Source: Phoronis australis
Taxonomy: Eukaryota; Animalia; Phoronida
DNA length: 64,000 nt
Direction: 5' to 3'
Assembly (NCBI GenBank): GCA_002633005.1
Contig: NMRA01000021.1
Span: 753,685 to 817,684, forward strand
The position numbers were made by a program, and so were the translations under genes. Each line of letters begins with the position of its first letter. Positions within the stretch are counted from its first letter, which is position 1. The notes under the pieces are model-generated. The model was not told the origin of the DNA. It did no database searches and saw nothing but the letters and a program-made list of their open reading frames with translations. Of the stretch, positions 51,141 to 61,561 are shown one piece after another.

Positions 51141-51664
51141 ATTTCGAAATTTAGCGATAAATCACTTAAACCGTTATAAAACTGGGCACGATGTGTAATC
51201 TTGTACTCTTCTTACGTGCGCATTCAGGATATGTGCTCATTATGCAGGGCTTGAGTATGTTGTAAATTTAAGTAGATGACTGTCTAATAATAGCTTAGAC
51301 TCGGTGGTCTGAACACGAAGTATCGATTTTTACGCGAGTTTCTATTTCGAATCTACATGTAGGAGTTGTCAGACCAGACACTCATTTGCTTAGTCCATGA
51401 AACCTGTCGAAGGCACTTAAATATAATGGAAAGTAACATGTTAAATGGTATTTTTAACTTCGGCTTTAATTCAAAGGCGGAATTAGGCTACATATGAAGA
51501 ACCAAGTGTGGGCTTTTTCGTTATCATGAAATAAGTACCACAGACAGATCTCCGCAAGAAACTACTGTGATCACGTGCTTCCCTTGTAAATCATGCCGAT
51601 ACCGCGCGACGTCTTGCGTAATCTTGCGTTTTCTCGAGGTTCTCGCGTCAGCGGAGGCACGCAA

Positions 51665-51809
51665 GGCGTGCGTTCAGTAACGCTAGGACCTACAGTAGCT
51701 AAAATCTAACCGAATTCACGTGTTCTCATTTAAATTACACGACAATATCTCACGTAGTCTCGCGAAGTCTTGCTTTTTATCGAGGTCTTAACGTTACTGA
51801 ACAGGAGGC
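51665..51809. mobile_element. MITE (GTTCAGTAACGCTAGGACCT family), inverted relative to the 8747 copy
   Basis: GTTCAGTAACGCTAGGACCT...AGGTCTTAACGTTACTGAAC. Confidence 0.75.
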
Positions 51810-52345
51810 AGGTTTGCATGATCATCAGCGTCCCGAACAACGTGATTACGGCGTTTTCAAACATGGCTCAGGGCCCTCTGGCTCTGAACTCTCAATTTCG
51901 TGCAAAAAGCACAATGCGTGTGGAGTGGCANACTACATTGAGATTTAAGTCTCCCGAAAAAAGTTGACGATCGGATAGTGTTTAAAAGTCTAATTCTAAA
52001 TTTCTCCAGTTAGTGCACAAATGAAGTAAAAGAAAGTAGTTCTGCTTGTCGCGTCAGCTGTTGGTATCATTATCTCGATTTATTACCCACAACGCGTGAC
52101 TGGACAAAGCCTTTTCAAATTAGCCGGTGGAGCGTGAGACCCCTGAGGTCCCAATCGATTCCTCACGACAACTCCGCGTTATGCCCCGGAACTGCCAAAT
52201 GGAATCTGGAACAATTTTAGGGGGAGGGGCATGGCCTACCTGACCCCCTGAATCCGCAACTGGATGGTGCAAATGACGACACTCTACACTATCGGTGATT
52301 GATCTCGGTGAACCAGATTTGTGCTTCATGAAAAACTACCAGCGT

Positions 52346-52630
52346 GGGACCCATTTCATAAAAGTGGCCTTAGACTAAGACAAAACCTTGGTCTTGCGAT
52401 TCCACTTCGAAATTGCTAAATAAAGGTTTAGACTCGAAATTACGAGAGCATCAATGTCTAAAAATAATCTATTGACATTGTCTCAGTAACTAGCAGTCAT
52501 GCGTATACTCTCAGAGACTTTGCACTTTTGGTCAAGTGAGAATTACTTATTTATCAGAAGTAGTTGGTTGGAGCATAAGACCAAATTTATGTCTTAGGCT
52601 TAAGTCACTTTTCATGGAACAAACCCCAGG
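52346..52630. mobile_element. PIF/Harbinger-like MITE
   Basis: TGGGACCCATTTCATAAAAGTGGCCTTAGACTAAGACA...TGTCTTAGGCTTAAGTCACTTTTCATGGAACAAACCCCA inverted ends. Confidence 0.65.
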
Positions 52631-52970
52631 GAGACAATTTTCAATAACAAAAAGATATAACAAATAACAATAAAATATGTGATCTGAAGTATTATTGACA
52701 AAAGGTACCGTAGAAGATTAATCAGTTTTATTTGTCTAAGCGTCTTGCTGAATGAGTCGTGAGTCTCGCTCTTACTTTGGGTGCGTAAGTCATTTTTGTG
52801 AGACAGAGCACGAGTTCACAGGCGCGTGAGCCGTGTTAAAGAGCAAAGAGCAACATGCATACCGTAATGCTGTAAGATTCACAGTCGCACCAGGTTGTTG
52901 CCGACGTTTTAAAGCATAGGAAAAATGTCCATTTATGTGTCGCCACAAATGTGGAGGTCTACCAATAGAT

Positions 52971-53121
52971 TATTACATGGCGAAGTCGTTATCTCCCGTT
53001 ATCTAGAGCCCGAGTGGATTTTGTAGAATTATCACACTCGGGGATAACGCCCCTCGGCGATAATTCTCCAAAATCCACTCGGGCTCTAGATAACGGGGGA
53101 TAATGACTTCGCCATGTAATA
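52971..53121. repeat. Near-perfect ~150-bp palindrome (foldback MITE) in gene C intron 1
   Basis: Arms of ~62 bp, TATTACATGGCGAAGTC...GAATTATC / GATAATTC...GACTTCGCCATGTAATA, with few mismatches. Confidence 0.9.
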
Positions 53122-53842
53122 ACATATATTTATCTTATTAAGAAACATCTGCAACAGTGTGCAGAAGGCTGCAACTGCAACACTTATACATTATATGGAG
53201 TAGACGTAACTCGATCAGACTAGAAGTGGCAGTTTCTCGGATTGGAAAGAACTGGCAATTCGCTATTGCTGCGACGCAAATAGCACGTGACAAGTCAACT
53301 CATTGGGGCTTGTCGCAAGCAATAAGCAGCTGTCAGGTTTTCCAAGACCAGGAATCAAAACCTGACTTGAGTACCGAACACGATGAGACGAATGTGGTAG
53401 GCTAAGCGTTAACTCGAACTTTACGTTAATTGACCAAAAGAAAGTTCATAGCAACTTTGCGTGCTACTTTGACAGTGAAGCCTTCTTCCGTTCATTCTGT
53501 CCCTAATCAGTTGCGTGATCCAGCAGTCTTTGCGGTCACCGAGTGATCAAATAGAAGATTTTTTTTCTTAACGTCAAATGACAATGTGAAAGATTTTCAA
53601 TTGATTGCCGGGATATGCTCTTCGATTTTAGCGAAAAGGGGCAACAATGTTTTGTAGTGATGCGACAAAAGACATGAATAAAGAAACTGCACCATCAGTA
53701 AACAAAACCACGTTGCGCAGTCATCAAACACTGAAAGCTCAACCGGAAAAGATCCGGGAAATACACTCGAACGAATAACACTAACTATGCAAAAGCGCAG
53801 ATCTCCGTCTCAAAATAAACGACATGTTTGACAATCAGTTAC

Positions 53843-54045
53843 CTGGGTTCTGTGCGATTACACGGGTCACCCTCCTCGCCAGCACACGCTTGACAGCAAG
53901 AACACAAGGGCATCATAACGACCTGACACCCTGGTCTCAACGTAGGACAGTTTCTGGTGCGATCTGGAGTACAGGGCTCGCACGACAGGGCGTCAATTAC
54001 TGGCAACGTCCCAGCAGCCAAAAGCAAAATTACACAGAACTGCAT
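53843..54045 (-). CDS. Perlustrin-like single-IGFBP-domain protein, gene C, exon 1
   Basis: MQFCVILLLAAGTLPVIDA-LSCEPCTPDRTRNCPTLRPGCQVVMMPLCSCCQACAGEEGDPCNRTEPR; donor AG|gtaact, phase 2. Confidence 0.92.
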
Positions 54046-54137
54046 TACGTCAGTCGGCGTGAAGATGTGCCGGGATATCAAAACGTTGCGCCTTGTAGAC
54101 AGTCTTGGCTTTGATGTAGTTAATTGGCATTATGGCG

Positions 54138-54220
54138 TTATATAGAGTGTTTAAATTAGATAATAGAGTGACGATAATATCGGAGTAGATTTTTATTTGT
54201 AATTACCAGCAATAGCCGTA
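54138..54220 (-). promoter_or_regulatory. Gene C core promoter: TATATAA plus conserved TGTAATT-N6-AATAGCCGTA motif
   Basis: TATA at 54144-54138; motif at 54198-54220. Confidence 0.55.
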
Positions 54221-57059
54221 TCCGTTTGCTATTAATGGTTTCTTAATTGACGATTTATTTAAACAACCATACATGTGCAGTAGTTATTACGGTTTATAAA
54301 GCCAACAACGGAAAAAATGACTTCGTTTGTAACGATAAGAAGCAGACTATCGGGAAATGTTATTGCAGCAAATGCCTGTTGTAGTCAATCGCAGGTGATA
54401 GAACTCTCGCTGTGGAATGCCAAATTCGACCTCACGCTGCTGAGGGTGCGCCGCGCATGCGTTGTATTCATTTGCATTCATTTGTTCCGGTGTTGGTTCT
54501 TGCTATGGAATTTACTGTCTCTAAAACTTTTTGCACCTCCGCCGTTTTTCAACCGAATTACATAAGAGTCCATCATTAGAAAGCCCTTTATCAGTTCTTG
54601 ACAATGATTATACCAGAAGCAAACGATAGTAATTATTATGGTTAATTTTTTAATTCCAAAAACTAAGAACGCTCCCAAGATACGAAAAACATAAAATGAT
54701 GTAGTAGTAGTAGCATAATAAAGAAAATGAACCAGATAGGTTAACTAAATGACAGGTTAGACCAGCTAGGAAAAAATTTCAATAATTCAAAAATTCTACT
54801 CTATGAAGACAAAGATGTTAGAATATGGATCCCTCACAGTTGCTGTGAATAATTTAGACAGGCATTCATCCAAAATTGTGCATCTTTTATTTAATGAACC
54901 TTGGGTGCTGTACATTACAATTAAACTCTGCAGTAAAAATACAGGATGTAGTGATTTGTTTGTAATTTGCAAAAATGTGATCGACTAATTACTCCAACTA
55001 TCTTTCTATCTGAAATTATCGGATAAAGATTTTCTAGTAAACTAAGAAGTGGGCAATCATCTACCACGTAGCTTTTAAATGTACCTTGGGTAGCTTATTT
55101 TCCATAGAAGTTTAGGAATAAACTCGTTTCTCCAGGAAGTAAAAATTAGTTATCCTGATTCACGCAGTGTTTGTTACCGTAAACATTGCAACATGGATTT
55201 TACGACTGTTATGCTACTAAAGAGAGTGGACTCCAGAAAATAACAATATTCATGACAAAGAGACACCATTGTTTTGACACCAGTTGCACAGTTAACACGG
55301 TCATCATTCGAGAATGAACAAATATGACAAATGAATTGAAAAGCAGAGGTCAAATGCCACTTCTTTCCCTAAAATACTGTAACACAATTTCAACAGACAA
55401 AATGTCTTGTTGAAAAGCTCCTGGTATGTAGTTTGATAGACTGTCGAAAGTGGCTTCAAGACTGGATCTGAAAAGATATCAGCGGCCAGACTATTCCCGG
55501 CATCCAGCCAGAGCCAAAGGTCGGTGTGTATAAAGAATATCAGTTTAATTGTTGGCTTTGTCGACTAATTTTGTTGAGGAATCGCTGGTTTTATGGAACC
55601 TTACCGACTACCTCAAGAGCCTAGCTTGATGAACAAAATTGACAAAATGAAAATGCAGTAATGAAATTAGGCTTAATTTTATTACTACAATACTCAGTCG
55701 AGCATACAGCCGGAAATTCAAGGCGCAGCTCTCGTGGCTAGTCTCGGGGACACAAACTCTAATAACAATACAGGTAGGTCGCGAGCGGGAGTTGGCAGCT
55801 TAGTTCTATACTAGGAGGTAATGGTTTCTAGCGCTTTTTGAACTTAATTCTAATTATTGTACATTCTATTTATCGTTATTCTAATAATGTTAAAACATTC
55901 ATGAAAACGGATTATTTCCAATTTTAATTCACTTTCAACTTCATGGAATGATTCGTTGGCTGTGAATCTAACACTCCCTCATGCTGTATTTCATGTAGCT
56001 GTCCCCCGACTCATATTACAAACATAAAACACCGAGAGTACAGAACATCTAAGCTAAAATCAATCTATTTCAATGACTTCATCCTGACGTTTCTCAGTAT
56101 TATTCGTATATTAAACAATTTCTCTTAAGGATTACAGAGCAATGTTTTAGAGAACTGGATGGGAAAGTCGGTTCAATATCTGTTGAAAAGGCAAAACCGT
56201 GTTTGGTATCCCTTTAACTAAAGAATGCGCCTGTCATGGAAATTTTGCGAGGTATGGTCCGCTGTGTGAATTATTTTCTTGACATCTATTTGTATGAATG
56301 TCAAATGTCAGAAATCTGCAGTTTTTTTCAGTCTCGGTTGTCAAGGTCACTCTTGCTGGAATTCGCGTACAAATGAAGTGGCACCGTCTACAAATTTTGT
56401 ACTCAAACAACTCCAAAATCATACGCAAATTGTCAATCAAAAATCGCTCGACATTTAGAAACCATCAGCACTTATTTTTCTCAGTCATCTCACATTGCCC
56501 ACCATAGCATACATTAAGATAAAGATGGCCTGGACATTTGGTAGTTTAGTTAATATCTAACAATATCTAATACTCTTTAAGTAGATGTACTATAATTGCC
56601 ACTCTACCAAGGTATCCTCTCACTGCAGTTTTTGAGACATGCTGCCCAAGACGTTATGAAAGTTGACAACAAAATTAATTGTGCACAATGTCCTTTGCAG
56701 GACAAAATCATCTAATCTGAAACCCGTAATAGTTTGCTCAAACATCTTACTACATTTTCACAAGAAGACTGCGTAGTACTTTTGAGGACAAAATATGCTT
56801 TGTTAATGTTTTCTTCGCCTTAATCAATACACGTTCAGGAGAAAACTCATCACCTTGTAAATAATTTTACTTCGAAGTCGTTATTTTCATTTTTTATAAT
56901 TTCTCAAATATCCCTCTTTTCACATGAAGCTTCCATTAATTGCAATATTTTGATAATTAGTCTCCGCATAGCAATGAGCCGTCTCTGCAACTAGAACCAG
57001 GCCATCTGCAGACAGCAGTAAATATCACTTTAAGTAACCAGTACTTACACTCCAAGCCT

Positions 57060-57480
57060 TTATATTTTGTGAATCTCTTTCCAAGTGATTACCAAACAAG
57101 GATAAGAGAAAGGGAGACAATTGCTGTCTTGCTCGTACACCCATCGCACACTGGAAAAATCGAGATACCTAACCATCTCCCGGAATACCGCGAGACGAAG
57201 ATTCGGAAATATTCATGTAAAAAACGTTTTTGTACTGTGTGTAATGACGAAATTGAAGATGGAATTCATTTCATGTTCAACTGTCCCTTTTAGAAAAACC
57301 TGAGAAAAACACGTTTTCAGGCAATAGTTCGAAACGGTTATAGAGATTTTGGAAACAAAAGATATTTTTTGGGGGGAAATGACAACAGAGACGGATAAAG
57401 GCATTGTAAATGCTACAAAGCTTTATCTTCGTCTGAAGCTTCGTATCAAATGAGTTATCACTGGTTGAATTATTAATAAT
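57060..57480 (+). mobile_element. LINE ORF2 C-terminal remnant (L2/Crack-like)
   Basis: RFCTVCNDEIEDGIHFMFNCPF C-terminal motif followed by a trinucleotide tail. Confidence 0.7.
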
Positions 57481-57632
57481 GATCATAATAATAATTACAA
57501 CAACAACAACAAAAACAACAACACCAACAACAATAAAAATAACTATAATGATGGTGATGATGAAGATTATAATGATATTCTTCTTATTATTATTATCATT
57601 ATTATCATCACCATCATCATTATTATTATTGA
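57470..57632. repeat. Compound (AAT)/(AAC)/(GAT)/(ATT)/(ATC) trinucleotide microsatellite
   Basis: Directly visible; explains the low-complexity ORFs 57277-57708 and 57479-57823. Confidence 0.9.
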
Positions 57633-58099
57633 TGTCATTTATTGTTCTTTTTGGATTTGAAGTGACTTCTAAGACCATGAGTGTGCTGGGTGTATTTGCA
57701 GAGATCAATGTCCCTGATGCGCCAAGGAATGGAAGGTATACATTTTCTCAAATTTCTTTAACTAGAGTTGCTCTTTATGTAAAACATTTCCATGTTTGCA
57801 TATTAATGAGCATCATTGCGTAAACTAATTCACAGCAAATATGGTACGAAAAGCATCACATTCCTTACATGCTAGTATTGCTTCTGTGACAATCTGTCAT
57901 ACATTGACTTTTTCATTCCCAAGTAAACAGGTAACTCCTGAAAAAAAAACAAATGAAAGGAGTGCTGCTGCCGATTGGAAAACCGAAATGTAATTTTCAG
58001 CGCAGATAAATATACGATGTGATGGCTTATAACAAAATGTTATCTATACAAGTCGTGAGTTTGCATTTTATCCTAATTAGTTTTTTAATCCGCATACTA

Positions 58100-61000
58100 A
58101 TCAGCATTTTTTCATGTCAGTAAAACTGCATTTTTTGAACGGCAAAAATCAGACTTTGAAAACTGGTGACAAAGTTTGACATTCATGGTCATAAAAACTC
58201 ATGTAAGGTTAGTCAGAAAATGAAATTTGCAACTCATAAGTACACTTAAATTTTCAGCAGGGGAGAAAACTACGAGACCACGTTTCAGGCCAGTCACAAG
58301 TGGCAAGATGTGGCGTAACCTGCCTGCTATATCAGAATATATTTCAAGTTGATATTCTCAGTGTAGACACTTCTAACATTGAACTTTGATAATTGTTTTT
58401 TAAAAAACTTGTCTCTTATATATTTAGTGCTAAACGTGGCCCTCGAATTTGTGGATTTTTGTGATGTAGCCTTACTCTGACTGACAAGAGAATTGAGGCT
58501 ACTCTTTTAGTTCAGAGATATCACCTAAAATATATGATCTAATATCAACAATGCAATATCACAAAAATTTAAATTTCACTTTTGAGAACCCAATTTTCTA
58601 AACCACTCCGTGCTTTGTTAAACTTTACCAATAGCACTTTAGGGTTCGAGATTACATGCACTTCCTGTCACTGCAACGAATATGGAGCAATTTCCTTCTT
58701 GTACATTTGGTCAATTTTCGTTACATAAGTGTGATCGCGGAGGAAATGTGACATTCATTAGCTGCGTTAAAGACGTCAGAAGTCATCTGAGGTCGTACAA
58801 AGTGCCAGAAAATTTGAAAGTATATCGGAATTACAGTTGATTCTTGCCAGAGCTGGAGAGAGGATGCTGGACTGGCAACACACAGCATATTGTCAGAGGG
58901 ATAAACCAGGACCAAGCAATAGTGGATCTGATGTCATCTCTCACCCACACCAAGTTTTGGTTGTAATGGATTTTGCAATGAAGTTCATACCCATCAGTTT
59001 CTGTGAAACATAGTCCGACTGGTTTGGAAAAAGGGGATCTCATGGCACGTGGCGGTTTGTATCACAAAGAAAGATGAAAGCCATCAGGAAAAAATAAGTC
59101 CTCAATTAGTATTCAAAGTGTTACAAAGTAATACTCATATGTGCCCCATATTAAACAGAAAACCAGTGATGAACAATATTGTTGCCTTTACCTCTTTCTA
59201 GTGTATTGATTTACTGTAACAGTACAAGATACAGGGAGTGTGCACTTAATATCTAGTCTTTTTCTTGCCATTTCCTAACAAAAGTTTGACTGTGATGCAT
59301 TCTTTGTCTCTTAGTAGATTTTGCACACAAACCTTTATTTAAACTGAAGCCTTTTTGTACTTATGGATAATTTTCATATCTTTGTGAAAGGGAAATTTCA
59401 CCCTCTCTAGAAATGTTTTGAAGGAGCTACTGATATAACAAGCGTCTTGAGACGAACCATGTTTGAGGTTGAGTGGTGTGATTGCGGTTTAGTTGGTAAT
59501 AAGATGTAATAAGGTAGTTCTTTAAACTACCTGACCTATTTAAGTTTCATAAATGTTGTATTTCAGGTACATATTTACGTCCATACTCTAGATGCCTGCA
59601 AGCAAGACTGGTTCACTACTTGCTGTTTAACACTAGATGTGCTAAAGCTGGTGAAAGCTAGGGATCCACAAATAATCGAAGCTTTCCTACGCTCCGACAA
59701 TGCCAATTGTTGCCATTCAGCCGCCCTTCTGATTCATTTGTTCTACATGTCTGGTAACACTGGCATCTCCATTCTGCGCCACGACTTCAGTAAAAGTCAG
59801 AAAGGAAAAGACATCTGTGACAGGAAAATCACACCCTTGAAGTCCCATGCCAAGTACTTCGTCAATGAAGGCAACAACGTTCAAAGTGCAGTCAACCTGA
59901 AACATGCGCTAGAGTCTAGAGGAGGTGTCTAAGGCTGCTATATGTTGGCCTGTATTGTGGATGCCCAAAGGTCCTTCCCAAGCACAGTATCCCAGAGAAA
60001 AGTTTGCTGACAAACTTTGAGTATTCCGCCGATGCATTCGAGCATGGAAGGCCTATAGAGTAGGGGAAGGAAAACTTGTCATCAACAAGTCAGGTAAACT
60101 GTTGCCTTTGAAAAGTTTTGACCTTGCAACACTTGAGTGTTTTTTAACAACAAGGGTTGAGTCGGGGCTTGTATCCCGTGAACGTCGTACGAAGTTCACA
60201 TGCACACACCATGGGTGCTCGAAATCTTTTTCTACAGATGATGAGCTAAATGAGCACTTGGATGTTAGTGCTCATTCATCAACACTCCAGAACGAAACGT
60301 TGAATTGAACATGAACTTTTTTATTTGTGCGACAATCGTCCGATTTTTGTTCAGTTCGACCACGTTTCAAGACAATGGTTTGAGATGTTATCTAATACCA
60401 CAGCTGTGTCATCAGTGAGTTGTCTGCCGTTTACGTTGTTGATCAAGTCGCCGCGGGAGAGAATGGATGGGCCCTGAAAAGTACTAGAAAAGTGGTCCAC
60501 TTCTCTGAGAAGGTAAAGACTTAGCTCAGTGATATGTTTTCTGAAGGTGAACAGTCAGGCAGAATGCAACAGCCAGCTGAGGTGTTAAAAATGATGCGAA
60601 AAGACAGGAATAAGCAGGGAAAAGTTTTGTCCTCTGAAGAGTGGCTGCCGGAGCAGCAGATTGCTGAATTTTTCTCCCGTATAGTTGGCGCGTCTCGAAT
60701 CGGAAATATTCAGAATATTGAAGGTGCTGATGCTAATGCTGCCCACGAATTTACCTCAAAGAATTAGTTGGAGCTTGAAGTCATGAATGAGTTATTATCA
60801 TAAACTGTAGGAAATTATGAACATGTTTTAGTTGTTGTCAATTCTTATGATATTGTTGTGGTCATCATTATCGTACACATGTAGCTAGGGGACTGCCGTT
60901 TGGGGAAAATAATCCTAGCCACTGATGGTCAAGATTGAAATCTTCTGTTACTTTTTACTAGCGCTTTTGTTTTATGTTCAGTTTGAGACTCGTAAAGCAT

Positions 61001-61561
61001 ACTTTTTACATGATTGATTCTATTGAAACACCTGAGACTTTTAAAAGAGTGATTATTTAGTTTTGAGAAATGTCTATCTTAGACATGTGTACTGAGCAAA
61101 ATAAAAGGACTCTGTGTTTCAGTAGCTTTTGTTTTCTTCAAACAAAATGCAGTTTTTTGAAATATTTGGGAGAGTGATAAAAATGTGTAAAATGGCCTTA
61201 ATGGCAGTGAAATTGATATTTTTTTGTGGGATAAACTGAGAGGACATAAAAAATCAATAAATCCATCCGAACTAATTTTCTTATATGTTATTCTTTCTTC
61301 TTTCTGCTATATAGTTATTTTTCCAATAGGGTGAAGCGATGATGTGCTGTTGCTGACAAAAAGTCATCTATTTTCCAAATCTATTATTTACCATTTTTCA
61401 GAAAAATACAAAGTGGTCGTAAAAAAGTTTTAAAAAACTCAGAAACTCTTAAAAAATCAGGCTCAGGTTTCTTTTGACAAGGCCAGCTGATGTTCTAAGT
61501 TTCAAAAAATTGGTGATTTTGCATATATAGCCCATCATCTGGTTTTTATATGGAATTGCTC
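58100..61561 (+). mobile_element. Sola3-type DNA transposon, internally deleted, with degenerate intron-containing transposase
   Basis: Motifs SELQLILARAG, MDFAMKF...SDWFGKRG, FLRSDNANCCHS, HDFSKSQKGKDICDRK, a C2H2 finger CTHHGCSKSF...HLDVSAH, GWALK, EWLPEQQIAEFFSR; acceptor tttcag|G at ~59567; right end GGAATTGCTC|TTAA fits Sola3 GAG..CTC termini with a TTAA target. Left end not resolved. Confidence 0.75.

Noticed and set aside
57277-57823. 143-aa and 114-aa ORFs with hydrophobic or Thr/Asn runs
   Set aside because: Artefacts of a compound trinucleotide microsatellite.
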